From positions 1 to 64,000 of the IMG/VR virus record IMGVR_UViG_2974598881_000001: DNA of 64,000 nt; one strand, written 5' to 3'. The notes under the pieces are model-generated. The model made no database searches, was not told the origin of the DNA, and worked only from the letters and a program-made list of their open reading frames with translations. Within the stretch, counting starts at the first letter, position 1; every line of letters begins with the position of its first letter. The position numbers were made by a program, and so were the translations under genes. Origin of the DNA: a virus. Lineage: Duplodnaviria > Caudoviricetes. Positions 28,497-37,838 of the stretch are shown piece by piece.

Positions 28497-29767
28497 TGGG
28501 AATCCATCTTCGACGTAACTGGAGTAACCGAAGCGGCGCCGACCCCTCAACATGGGAGCTGCCGGTTAACCAGGCCTCCAAATGGCTTGTCCCTAAGTCG
28601 GGCGATCAGCGTATCCTTGGCGAGGGTGGGTCTATGGCCCTCGTGAACGATAATCAGAGGGCATTCGTTATCTCTGTGTTTGTTGGAGACGGTGGCTCTG
28701 TTACTGTTGGAGGCACCTCGGGCCAGAATACAATCCAGATTAGTCGAACCGGGAATACGATCAGCGTAACGGCTCGCCCCAACAGCGGAAGCGCAACCAC
28801 AAAGACGGCGACTACCGACATGCCGCTTGAGCGGTGGGCCAACGTCTATCTCAAGTGTAGAGCAACTGGTCTCATTAGCAACCAGGTGACAGTAACATAC
28901 CAGGTAGACTTCAAGACCGGTGTTGAGCTTATCGCGACCGGAGACCTTTTTGGGAACTCTTTCCCACTCGGCGGCAAGACTCTTCTGTGTAATTCGCTTT
29001 CTGGTTGGGCTTGGTTTGCTAAGGCCGATAACGGCCTCTGGGGTTGGGGTGCCGCCACCAAGGTTCCGATCGACGACGCTAAGTATCGCGAGGCTGTTCT
29101 CAACAATGCGACCTGGGACCTCGATAACGCTGTAGGGACTCGCACTTACAACCGACCGGCTGGACTCAAGTTCTCGAGACAGTGGCTCATTCAGGGTGGC
29201 GGCGGCGACGGAGCCGATGGCTACAACGGCTCTACTGGCAACTGTACTAATGGCTCTCCAGGTTCAGACGGCGGCAAAGGAGGCAACGACGGAGACGCAG
29301 GAACAGCCGGTGGCCCAGGCGGTTCGGGCGGACAGTCGTACGAGCCTGTAGAGAAGTGTGAAGATGTCTGGGACCCAAAGGGTGGAACTTGCGACATTGA
29401 CAATAACTGTACTGGTGGCTGGGTGAGGCAGTGTCACACAGAGTACGAATGGGTCTGTCGCGACGGCTCTGGCGGCTCTGGCGGCAAGGGTGGCAAGGGC
29501 GGTCGAGGTGTTATGATTATGGCCGACATCGCCCAAGAGGTTCTCCAGATCACCGTCGGAGCTGCTGGCTCGAAGGGCACTGGCAACGGTGGCAACGGGA
29601 CCAACGGAGGTCATACTAGATTTGGCAGTGTTTCTACACAGGATGCTCTTCCGTACAATAGCCTGGTCCGATCTCCTACGTCTATTCGATACGGTGTTAC
29701 CGAGTTTGTTCACGGACTTGGCGACCCGAACGGTCCCGGCGGGATCGTCTTTTACTACAAGTGGTAG
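28496..29767 (+). CDS. Gly-rich minor tail/receptor-binding protein with a Cys-rich insert
   Basis: GGGGDGADG-type Gly-rich domain interrupted by 5 Cys in ~35 aa. Confidence 0.7.
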   Translation: MGIHLRRNWSNRSGADPSTWELPVNQASKWLVPKSGDQRILGEGGSMALVNDNQRAFVISVFVGDGGSVTVGGTSGQNTIQISRTGNTISVTARPNSGSATTKTATTDMPLERWANVYLKCRATGLISNQVTVTYQVDFKTGVELIATGDLFGNSFPLGGKTLLCNSLSGWAWFAKADNGLWGWGAATKVPIDDAKYREAVLNNATWDLDNAVGTRTYNRPAGLKFSRQWLIQGGGGDGADGYNGSTGNCTNGSPGSDGGKGGNDGDAGTAGGPGGSGGQSYEPVEKCEDVWDPKGGTCDIDNNCTGGWVRQCHTEYEWVCRDGSGGSGGKGGKGGRGVMIMADIAQEVLQITVGAAGSKGTGNGGNGTNGGHTRFGSVSTQDALPYNSLVRSPTSIRYGVTEFVHGLGDPNGPGGIVFYYKW

Positions 29768-29775
29768 AGGTAACC

Positions 29776-30039
29776 ATGAAGATTACAGTTTTTACCCTTC
29801 CCGACTGCGCACCCTGTTCTCAGGTTAAGGCCGACCTGAACACACTCGGACTCGAGTTCGAGGAGGTTCCGGCACGCGAGAATCGCGAGCGATGGGAAAG
29901 CGTAGTGGCACGCTTTCCGTCGGACCGCAAGACCGGCCTTCCGTGCACCCTTATCGAGGACGGCGACCGTACGAACTTTATCGTCGGCTGGTACACGGGA
30001 TACAAGGATGCAGTCAAGCGAATGACAAACGGAGAATAA
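29776..30039 (+). CDS. Glutaredoxin/NrdH-like redoxin
   Basis: VFTLPDCAPC (CxxC) and GLPC..IE thioredoxin-fold motifs; start at ATG 29776. Confidence 0.8.
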   Translation: MKITVFTLPDCAPCSQVKADLNTLGLEFEEVPARENRERWESVVARFPSDRKTGLPCTLIEDGDRTNFIVGWYTGYKDAVKRMTNGE

Positions 30040-30040
30040 G

Positions 30041-31081
30041 ATGCCAGTAGGCTGGAGTGAAGAAGGACCCCCTCCCTGGGCGCCAGAGCCTATCAGGGGG
30101 TGGGCTGACGTGCCTCAGCTTACTGGCGCTGACTACGGCCTCGGAACCGATCTTGCGGTAGTCAAGGCCAATCTACTCGTCTCCGAGTATGGACGTGGCA
30201 CCGACTTCGCTGAGGTTAAGTCTAAGGTTACGGTCATCGACCTCGGACGTGGCACCGATCGAAGTACAGTCAAGGGTAAGCTGATTGTTCCTGATCTTGG
30301 TCGCGGCAGGGATTACGCAATCACTGGAGTCCGGCCAGTTGAATTGGGGCGCGGAACCGATCTTGCTGCTATCAGGAGTATTCAGTCTGTAGGTGAACGA
30401 GGTCGCGGTCTTGACGCATTTATCTTTAACAAGTCTACACTCGGAGGGATTGTCGAGCGCGGCAGAGGCTTGGATTCTGGAGTCGTAGTCTTTTCGCCTT
30501 GGGACACCACAGGAAGTTACACTCAGACAACAGTCGTAAACCTCAAGATTCCCGTTCAGTGTCGATTTATCGACGTTGTTGCAATTGGGGCTGGCGGCGG
30601 CGGACAGGGCGCAGGCTGGGCTATCGACGGCAAAGGCGGCGGTGGCGGTAACTTTGCATACGTTACGCTCGAGCGTGGTGTGCACATTCCTTGGACAGCG
30701 ATCGCAATTACTGTTACCGTAGGAGTTGGTGGAGCGCGCGGTTCCGGTGGCGCAATTCCAGGCTCAGGTAGCACTGGTGGAAACACCGTCGTCACCGTCG
30801 AGGGTTACGGTACCGTCACTGCAACCGGAGGACAGAGTGGCGGAGATCGCGGAGTTAGCAACGGCTCTCGTCCCGGCGGCGGCGTGCTCGGAGGTAATGC
30901 TAACACTTCCGGAAGTACCCAGAATGCGCTCAACCTGAACGGAAAGCAGTACGTTGGCGCTGGCGACCACTCGAGTACGACAGCGCCCACACCGGGTGCA
31001 GGTGGATACGGAGGCGCGTTCTTCGCAGGAAATGGCAACCCTGGAGCAAACGGAATCGCCTGGGTGAGGTGTTGGCGATGA
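30041..31081 (+). CDS. Minor tail protein with GRG(T/L)D repeats and a Gly-rich domain
   Basis: Seven 16-20-aa repeats, then VVAIGAGGGG Gly-rich domain. Confidence 0.75.
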   Translation: MPVGWSEEGPPPWAPEPIRGWADVPQLTGADYGLGTDLAVVKANLLVSEYGRGTDFAEVKSKVTVIDLGRGTDRSTVKGKLIVPDLGRGRDYAITGVRPVELGRGTDLAAIRSIQSVGERGRGLDAFIFNKSTLGGIVERGRGLDSGVVVFSPWDTTGSYTQTTVVNLKIPVQCRFIDVVAIGAGGGGQGAGWAIDGKGGGGGNFAYVTLERGVHIPWTAIAITVTVGVGGARGSGGAIPGSGSTGGNTVVTVEGYGTVTATGGQSGGDRGVSNGSRPGGGVLGGNANTSGSTQNALNLNGKQYVGAGDHSSTTAPTPGAGGYGGAFFAGNGNPGANGIAWVRCWR

Positions 31082-31383
31082 GTGAAGAAGATCGTTACGA
31101 GATGGCAGCAGCCGAAGGGGATGGAGGCTTTAATCCAGACGATTATCAGTCTCCGCCTCACGATGGGGTGTGGTCAGACAACTTCATAATCAACAAAGCC
31201 TGGGTAGACGGAGTGACTACCTCTTGGAGGAATATTCCGAACTCGGGCGGGCTTAAGATCAGACGCGTTGTTAAGGTTATCTACATCAAGGATGACGCAA
31301 CAGCCTATATGGCTTCATACAAGATCGAACAAGTAGCCATCTACTATGACGTAGAGGTATACATCGCAGAAAGGACTTCATAA
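31078..31383 (+). CDS. Hypothetical protein
   Basis: ATGA overlap with the upstream stop; AT-richer codons. Confidence 0.55.
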   Translation: MSEEDRYEMAAAEGDGGFNPDDYQSPPHDGVWSDNFIINKAWVDGVTTSWRNIPNSGGLKIRRVVKVIYIKDDATAYMASYKIEQVAIYYDVEVYIAERTS

Positions 31384-31748
31384 TGCCCGCAGAATACGAG
31401 GACGCGCACCTCATCGCAGCCGCCACCGCGATCACCAACCTCGGTAACAGGATTGGCCTGTTCTACGGCAACACCCGAGTTGGCACCGTCTACACGGACA
31501 CCACCTGGGGCACTGCTACCGCAGTGACCGACAACGGCGAGCGCAAGGGTCGCCGTCCAGGGAGCAACGTCACGATCAACGTTCCGGCGAGCACCGTGCC
31601 GAACGGTACTGTCATCGACAAGTACGGCGTGTTCAACGGGACCACCCTTCTCCGCAAGGTGCCCCTCACGGTCTCGCAGGTGGTGAACGACGGCTCGCAG
31701 GCATTCAGTATTGATGTGACGCCTGTCTACCTCTACGAAGGCGACTAA
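31383..31748 (+). CDS. Putative minor tail protein
   Basis: 121 aa, beta-rich, last gene before the lysis promoter. Confidence 0.55.
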   Translation: MPAEYEDAHLIAAATAITNLGNRIGLFYGNTRVGTVYTDTTWGTATAVTDNGERKGRRPGSNVTINVPASTVPNGTVIDKYGVFNGTTLLRKVPLTVSQVVNDGSQAFSIDVTPVYLYEGD

Positions 31749-31780
31749 GTAGTACCCCGGTTTGCTTTAGCAAGCAATGC

Positions 31781-31813
31781 TTGACCGTTTCAAGGTTCAA
31801 GTGTAAGATACAC
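31781..31813 (+). promoter_or_regulatory. SigA-type promoter of the lysis cassette
   Basis: TTGACC(31781-86)-17 nt-TAAGAT(31804-09); GTGTA/TACAC inverted repeat over the -10. Confidence 0.7.
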
Positions 31814-31833
31814 CACTGACACAGGAGGTAGAC

Positions 31834-32271
31834 ATGACCACCAATCAAGTCCCCGGCACTCAGACCGTGGTGCCCCCGAACATCTTCCAGATCCGTTCGA
31901 AGAACGACCTGATCACCCTGCTGTACTGGATCATTCCGCTGGTCTCGGCGGGTCTCGTCTCGTACGGTGTGATCCAGGACAGCGACGGAGCCCTCTGGAC
32001 CGGCGTCGTGACCGGCGCGCTGCAGCTCGTTCTCCAGTTCAACCGCACGCAGGACTACGCGCGCAAGGCCATCTACACCGTGCTGAATCTCGCGAACACC
32101 ATTCTGATCGCCTACGTGGCAGGCTGGAACCCCGAGGCCCTGACTCACATCATGCCGATCCTCACCCTGATCCTGGGCGGCGCACCGGCAGCCATCGCTA
32201 CACAGAACGTGAACAACTCGGGCGACGAGGGGCGCGAGTTCTACGTCGGCGAGCACCGGGCAGGCGAGTAA
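31834..32271 (+). CDS. Membrane protein, putative holin
   Basis: About 4 hydrophobic segments; first gene of the lysis cassette. Confidence 0.65.
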   Translation: MTTNQVPGTQTVVPPNIFQIRSKNDLITLLYWIIPLVSAGLVSYGVIQDSDGALWTGVVTGALQLVLQFNRTQDYARKAIYTVLNLANTILIAYVAGWNPEALTHIMPILTLILGGAPAAIATQNVNNSGDEGREFYVGEHRAGE

Positions 32272-32273
32272 TC

Positions 32274-32600
32274 GTGCCTATCGTCTACCACCGCAACAAC
32301 TACAATCGCGAGTCCCTCCAGGAGACGACCGATCATGTGGTGGCTCACATCTCGTCAGTGGCGAGCGTGACGGACGATCCGGCAGAGTTTGCCGACTTCG
32401 TGAACATCTCGTACACCGAGAACGAGGACGGCTCCACTCGCGTCTACGGCGAGCTCCAGCAGGAGCCCGCCTGTGACTACACGCTCCCCGACGACTACGT
32501 CAAGCCTTCCGAGGATCAGTACCAGCAGGGCTTCGGCGAGCGCAACATGACTCCCGAGGAGCTCCAGGAGCACCTCCTCAAGAAGGCGGGGCTCAAGTGA
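32274..32600 (+). CDS. Hypothetical acidic protein
   Basis: 108 aa, GTG start, good codon bias. Confidence 0.6.
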   Translation: MPIVYHRNNYNRESLQETTDHVVAHISSVASVTDDPAEFADFVNISYTENEDGSTRVYGELQQEPACDYTLPDDYVKPSEDQYQQGFGERNMTPEELQEHLLKKAGLK

Positions 32601-33226
32601 GTGTCAAGATCATCGGAGACATCGCCGCCGAGTTCAATCGACTCGGCGGTCGATCCGTCTTCACTCGAGGATGGGAGTCCCGTGGAAACGGACAGTCTTC
32701 CAACTACGGTGGACTCTTGCTCCACCACACGGCAGGCTCCCGCAACGTCAACATTGATCAGATTCTCATCTCTGGGAGATGGGACCTTGCAGGACCCTTA
32801 TGCAATTTCTGCATCATGTACGACGGCGACTTGGGGGTCATTGCTGCACACCCTGCGAACCACGCTGGAGCCAGTGGTGGATGGGATACGGCGCCTTTTC
32901 CACGAACTGGTCTCTTCAACCGAGAGATTATCGGCTGCGAAATCCAGTACCCTGGAGTGGAGCCGATGGCTCAGGTTCAGTACGAGTCGGCCAAGCGCCT
33001 TGCCACCGCGACCCTCAATGTTCTGGGCAAGGCCGGACAATACCAGTGGGTCAAGTTCCATCAGGGCACCTCCGTGGAGGGCAAGTGGGACCCCGGCTAC
33101 GCTGAGGGCAAGACGTACAACATCTCGTCCTTCCGTAACGACGCGAAGGGCACTCCCCAGGGCGAGGACATGAACAGTCCCGACTGGAAAGACAACCTTC
33201 GTCAGCTAATGGGGTACCCCGAATGA
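32597..33226 (+). CDS. Lysin A, N-acetylmuramoyl-L-alanine amidase (Amidase_2)
   Basis: LLHHTAG, HAG, IGCEI and H....GKWDPG zinc-amidase motifs. Confidence 0.9.
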   Translation: MSVKIIGDIAAEFNRLGGRSVFTRGWESRGNGQSSNYGGLLLHHTAGSRNVNIDQILISGRWDLAGPLCNFCIMYDGDLGVIAAHPANHAGASGGWDTAPFPRTGLFNREIIGCEIQYPGVEPMAQVQYESAKRLATATLNVLGKAGQYQWVKFHQGTSVEGKWDPGYAEGKTYNISSFRNDAKGTPQGEDMNSPDWKDNLRQLMGYPE

Positions 33227-34083
33227 GCAAGCGCTTCTTCATCTTCGACGCTCGAGGAATCACTGAGTCCTACGAGCCGGTCGGCAACTTCGTGCCGATG
33301 TTGACGAAGGTCATCCGCCTCGTCAAGAAGGTTCACCCCGATGTCGTCGTGGAGCATATCCAGTACCGGGCCTCGATCAGCGCGATCAACGCTGATCGAG
33401 ACCCGTTCGCTCCTTCCGGCGACAACGGAGCCAACGATGTCGTGAAGTGGCTTCGAGCTCGCATCGCGAAGCTCGGACCCGAGGACTACTACATCATTCT
33501 CGGCTACAGCGGCGGCGCAGTGGGCACGACGCGGCACCTCAAGCTGTACGGCGGAGATCATCGGTGCCTCATGTACGGCAACATCGCGAACCCTTCGCGC
33601 GCTGCGGGCAACACGTACGGAGTCGGAAACGGCTTCGACTGGAACCCGATCACTCGGCGCAACGAGCTCCGCGAAGGCATCTACGCCACCCAGGGGACGG
33701 GCACCACGGTTCACAATCTCTCCACCAAGGTTCCGCTCGTGGAGATCGCCAACCCGAACGACGTGATGACCTCGTGCCCGAAGGCTTCGCCGCTGCACGC
33801 CTTCGCTGGTCCGGTTATGGCGTTCGACTTCCGCAATCCGTTCGATCTGATCAAGCAGCTTCGCGAGCGTGGGATCGAAGAGATCGCGCGCAACATGCTG
33901 ACCGTCGACAACTGGCTCAATCCCGGCTGGCGCAGCTGGCCCTGGGACCTCGACGCCTACATGAAGCACACTCACACCACCGACTACGAGCTCAAGGGTT
34001 GGGCCGACAGCAACGGCAAGGGAATCAGCGGCGTGGAGCTGCTCGCCAGGCAGATCAACTGGCGCATCTCGCGTGTCCGATGA
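33223..34083 (+). CDS. Lysin B-like alpha/beta hydrolase (cutinase-like esterase)
   Basis: GYSGGA nucleophile elbow, NPNDV, HT near the C-terminus; lysis cassette context. Confidence 0.8.
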   Translation: MSKRFFIFDARGITESYEPVGNFVPMLTKVIRLVKKVHPDVVVEHIQYRASISAINADRDPFAPSGDNGANDVVKWLRARIAKLGPEDYYIILGYSGGAVGTTRHLKLYGGDHRCLMYGNIANPSRAAGNTYGVGNGFDWNPITRRNELREGIYATQGTGTTVHNLSTKVPLVEIANPNDVMTSCPKASPLHAFAGPVMAFDFRNPFDLIKQLRERGIEEIARNMLTVDNWLNPGWRSWPWDLDAYMKHTHTTDYELKGWADSNGKGISGVELLARQINWRISRVR

Positions 34084-34156
34084 GGCGGATCAGGTGTGGC
34101 TAGACATGTGTGCTGCCGCAGACTTTCCGCCGCTACCGCCACTTAAGGAAGACATC

Positions 34157-35002
34157 ATGCCCACAAGGTACCATCCCCTCAAGAAGGGGTATGTGGTCAC
34201 CAGTCCGTTCGGCTGGCGCGCCTTCGATAACGCGGTGCACACCGGGATCGACTTCGGTAGCTCGAACGGTTCGCCCGCCTCCTGGCCGGTGTATGCTATC
34301 CAGAGCGGCACGGTGCTGCACTACGGGGCGGCTAGCGGCTATGGTGGCCCCGATCCTGCAGGCTGGATCGTGATCGACTCGAGCGATGCACAGGGGTCTG
34401 GCGTTTTCGAGTACGGTCACATCGTTCGCGAGCCCTGGATCAAGGAAGGCGTAGCGGTAAGCGCCGGACAGAAGATCGGGTACATTAACCCGAACAGGAA
34501 CACGAACGCTGGCGTCGATCCGCACCTGCACGTCTCGTACATGCCGTACGAGTACAACCCCAAGAAGAAAAAGGACTTCGCGCCGCTACTTTCGGGCGCA
34601 CTCTTTCCTGGCGAGACCGCGCCAGTGACACCACCGACCACAGGAGGAACGAAAATGAGTGATGGTAGCGAGGTTCGCGTGCAGCTGCGCGGTCCCGGCG
34701 ACAACGGCTGGGTACAGCTGACTCCCCAGCCCGACGATCAGGGCAATCGGTTCAGCATCTTCAAGGGCAAGAACGTCACGGCGCAGACCGTGGTCGAGGC
34801 GCTGGCGACCGTCGTCTTCGAGCTGACCTTCCGCCTTCCGCGTGCCGGTCGCGGGTACGCGGACTTCAAGAAGCGCAAGGGCGACACGGTTCTCGGGCAC
34901 TCGGCGAGTGCTGCGGCCATCGCAGCAGAGAACCAGGAGATCCTTCGGCGACTCGCCGACAAGGCCGGGGTCGATGTCTCCGACATCGGCAAGGTCAGTT
35001 GA
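34157..35002 (+). CDS. Lysin A, M23 peptidase with a C-terminal (binding) region
   Basis: HTGID, EYGH and PHLH M23 motifs; start re-called at ATG 34157. Confidence 0.88.
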   Translation: MPTRYHPLKKGYVVTSPFGWRAFDNAVHTGIDFGSSNGSPASWPVYAIQSGTVLHYGAASGYGGPDPAGWIVIDSSDAQGSGVFEYGHIVREPWIKEGVAVSAGQKIGYINPNRNTNAGVDPHLHVSYMPYEYNPKKKKDFAPLLSGALFPGETAPVTPPTTGGTKMSDGSEVRVQLRGPGDNGWVQLTPQPDDQGNRFSIFKGKNVTAQTVVEALATVVFELTFRLPRAGRGYADFKKRKGDTVLGHSASAAAIAAENQEILRRLADKAGVDVSDIGKVS

Positions 35003-35454
35003 TCGGCTGGCGCAACCGGCCAGGCGTATTCAAGAAGCAGCCGGAAGCGGAAGACAAGCCCGAAAGCATCAAGGGTCACCTCGCTCTGACGGCTTACGTG
35101 TTTTCGGCGTATCCGATCTACTACGGGTCACTTGCTCTGATCTTTGGTGACGCCATCTGGAAACCCGAGCGCAGTGCGTTTGGAATACCACTTGCTCCAC
35201 AGTCGGTCGGCGTGGTTATGGTTGTCGCGGGAATCCTGACAATCATTGCGGTGCGTCTTCCAAGGGGCGGTAGGCGATACGTCTCCTGGTGCATGAAGAC
35301 CATGACACTCATGTGGGGAATCTTCTCGGTGACGTTCCTGATCGACGTCTTTCAGGGCGATTCGCCTGAAGCGTATGCTCCTGTCGGAGCGTATCTCATG
35401 CTGGCAATCCTCTGCGCCGATCGCGCAACCTTGGAGGACCAATGGCGTACGTGA
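34999..35454 (+). CDS. Membrane protein (holin-like/lysis accessory)
   Basis: About 4 transmembrane segments. Confidence 0.65.
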   Translation: MIGWRNRPGVFKKQPEAEDKPESIKGHLALTAYVFSAYPIYYGSLALIFGDAIWKPERSAFGIPLAPQSVGVVMVVAGILTIIAVRLPRGGRRYVSWCMKTMTLMWGIFSVTFLIDVFQGDSPEAYAPVGAYLMLAILCADRATLEDQWRT

Positions 35455-35942
35455 TTGACAAGCTCAAGACAGCCTTTAGTCACACACGAAAGGTTTATTC
35501 CGGGTCTTACCCGCTCTACCGAATGATCTGTTTCTTCGGTGTGGTCTCTGCGGTCTTGTCGTTCGCGGGCGATGCGTGGCCCGCCTCGTTCGTAGAGGCC
35601 ACAGACGGAGCGGTTTATCAGAACATCTTCGGCGGTATGCAACTCGTAGGTTGCCTCCTCGTCCTGGTGGGAATGTACTTCCACAAGGAGGATGAGCCGA
35701 GTCTTCAGAAGGTATCGACTGCACTGTATCTCGAACGAACGGGATGCAGTCTACTGATACCTGTGGTGGCTTCCTACACCTGGGGCGTGATCCAGATGAA
35801 CATGGGGCCACCTACTACGTGGGCGACCCTGACGTTGGTAGCGGCAGGGCTCTACTTCGTTATCAGGTTCATCGAGATCGGGCGCGTGCTCAAGGGATTG
35901 CGAGCAAACGCACCGAAGGCCGAGGAGTTGAAGGGTGAATGA
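35442..35942 (+). CDS. Membrane protein (holin-like/lysis accessory)
   Basis: About 4 transmembrane segments, basic C-terminal tail. Confidence 0.65.
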   Translation: MAYVIDKLKTAFSHTRKVYSGSYPLYRMICFFGVVSAVLSFAGDAWPASFVEATDGAVYQNIFGGMQLVGCLLVLVGMYFHKEDEPSLQKVSTALYLERTGCSLLIPVVASYTWGVIQMNMGPPTTWATLTLVAAGLYFVIRFIEIGRVLKGLRANAPKAEELKGE

Positions 35943-36297
35943 CGTTATCACTCTGCTGCTTGGCGGCGGACTTGCTGCTAGCATCATCGAAACAGTTAAG
36001 TTCTTTGCCACCCGCAGGCAGATAAAGCGAAAGGACGAGGCCTCCTCCTTGAAGGAGGAGGCCTCGGCTGACGCCACGGTAGGAGGTGCATGGCGTGAGC
36101 TATGGCAGACCGGGGACCAGTGGAACAGCAAGCTTAACAGCGCCTTCAGGCTCGAGGTGCTGAAGAACGAACAGTTCGTCGATCTGATTCAGGAAGCCAC
36201 TTCGCATCTGGATCGAGAGAAAGCTGAGCCTATCCTCGACAAGATGCACACCATTCGGGCTGGAGTCAGTATTGGGAATCGGGACGACTCTTTGTAA
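35935..36297 (+). CDS. Single N-terminal TM protein with a helical tail (lysis accessory)
   Basis: VITLLLGGGLAASII followed by a charged helix. Confidence 0.65.
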   Translation: MNDVITLLLGGGLAASIIETVKFFATRRQIKRKDEASSLKEEASADATVGGAWRELWQTGDQWNSKLNSAFRLEVLKNEQFVDLIQEATSHLDREKAEPILDKMHTIRAGVSIGNRDDSL

Positions 36298-36313
36298 CCG
36301 GAGTCTCGTCATT

Positions 36314-36348
36314 GGAAAGCGGACCGCGTCTAGCGTGGTCCGCTTTCC
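36314..36348. terminator. Hairpin terminator where the two arms converge
   Basis: GGAAAGCGGACC/GGTCCGCTTTCC 12-bp stem followed by TTTG. Confidence 0.75.
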
Positions 36349-36420
36349 TTTGCTCTTCTGGGTACTGTGAACATCGGGGAAGGTGTCCGTACTCGCCCAT
36401 ACACTCGTCACAATGAAACA

Positions 36421-36645
36421 TCACTTACTCCTCTTGAGTAGCTTCTTGGCTCGGCGCTGATCCTTCGCGTCCATCTCGGCGTATGACCACCACTGATAAC
36501 TACGAGCTACGAACACAGAATCGCACTTATCGCACCTCCAGAATGTTCCCTCCCGGAATTGGGGGACCATCGTGACCCCGGCAATCGGAGGGGAACAGTC
36601 TGCGCACTTGCTTGGCACGGGTCCTAGCTCGAGAACACTCATCAC
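36421..36645 (-). CDS. Small zinc-ribbon protein
   Basis: CADC...CDKC. Confidence 0.6.
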   Translation of the reverse strand: MMSVLELGPVPSKCADCSPPIAGVTMVPQFREGTFWRCDKCDSVFVARSYQWWSYAEMDAKDQRRAKKLLKRSK

Positions 36646-37838
36646 TTCATCCTCTTGGTGATCTTCGGCTTCGGCTCCGAGATGGACTCCTTGACGGACG
36701 AGCGCAACAACGACTTCTGTGAAGGCGTCAGGGCTGCACCCTTGAGAAGCTTCTCAACCTCGGCGTTGGTCACCTTGTCCATCTGAGCAAAGATGGCAGG
36801 CCCCACGATCTCCCGCACCTTGGACGGGTCGTAAGACTTCCGCCTCGAAGACTTAAACTCAACGTTATAGTCCTCAGTGTCATAGTTAATCTCGTCGGTG
36901 TCCATTGCATCTTTGAGCATCTCTTCGACGACCTCGTCAATGGCGTAACGGATCGCCTTCGACGCGCCCTCCAGTTCGTATAGACGCTTAGCCATCTCGT
37001 TGCGGTCGCCCTGAATCGCCATGATGCCGCCAGCGTCGACATTCTTGGTTACAAGCGGGCAGGTGGACTTGGCTACGCAGAACTGGCACTCGGGGTTGAG
37101 TGAGCGCTTGCCGGGGTCAGGCTCGGCGATGATGCGCTCTGCAACTCGCCGAACATAACGCCAGGTCTCGACGTTGTCGTCTCGAGTGAGGCGAACCTCT
37201 GCCGCGTCGTACCGGAGCTGATCGAAACTAACCCAGATCTCGTCGGGGCTAAGCTCCTCGCCGAGCTCGGCTGCGAGCTCCTTGAACGCGAGCTGGATCG
37301 CCATTCCGTAGAGACGAGCCTGCGGCTTCTCGCGAAGGGTCGCGGACGTGAGAACCTGTCGCCAGGTCTTGTAGTCCACGACGCGGATGATGACCTTACC
37401 GTTCTCCTCGAACCGGTCGAGCCGGTCGAAGATGAAGGTGTAAGGCACCTCGCCAATGGAGGTCTTGATCGGCACGCGGATCTTCTTCTCCACCATGAGC
37501 ACCTCGACGTCATCGAGGTTGGTGCGCGCATACCACCGCTCGAGCATGTCCAGACCGTCCGCGTACCACTTGTTCTTGGGGTCAGGAAGCGTCTGGAACT
37601 GCTTCATGAACTCCTGCTTGAAGTATGCGACGATCCGGCTCCACAGAAACTCGCCGGTCTTCTCGACATAAACCTCGGTGACGATGCGCTCGAGGGTGTC
37701 GTGCACCGCAGAGCCGAGCTTTGCCGGGTCACTGCTACCATCGGGCGACGGCGTACGCTGCACGTTCTCGAGGAAGTACCGGTGCGAGCATCCCTCGAAC
37801 GTCTGGAGGGACGATGCGGAAATCGTCGTAAGCTTCAT
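36642..37838 (-). CDS. Cas4-like/RecB-family PD-(D/E)XK exonuclease
   Basis: SASSLQTFEGC, DRLD, VVDYKT, Q..LY and CQFC....TCP Fe-S staple motifs. Confidence 0.85.
   Translation of the reverse strand: MKLTTISASSLQTFEGCSHRYFLENVQRTPSPDGSSDPAKLGSAVHDTLERIVTEVYVEKTGEFLWSRIVAYFKQEFMKQFQTLPDPKNKWYADGLDMLERWYARTNLDDVEVLMVEKKIRVPIKTSIGEVPYTFIFDRLDRFEENGKVIIRVVDYKTWRQVLTSATLREKPQARLYGMAIQLAFKELAAELGEELSPDEIWVSFDQLRYDAAEVRLTRDDNVETWRYVRRVAERIIAEPDPGKRSLNPECQFCVAKSTCPLVTKNVDAGGIMAIQGDRNEMAKRLYELEGASKAIRYAIDEVVEEMLKDAMDTDEINYDTEDYNVEFKSSRRKSYDPSKVREIVGPAIFAQMDKVTNAEVEKLLKGAALTPSQKSLLRSSVKESISEPKPKITKRMK

Noticed and set aside
28496-31081. Diversity-generating retroelement acting on tail fibres
   Set aside because: No reverse transcriptase and no template/variable repeat pair differing at adenines was seen in the window.
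36642-37838. Cas4-like gene as evidence of a CRISPR system
   Set aside because: No repeat-spacer array or other cas genes were seen; stand-alone Cas4-like nucleases are common in phage recombination modules.
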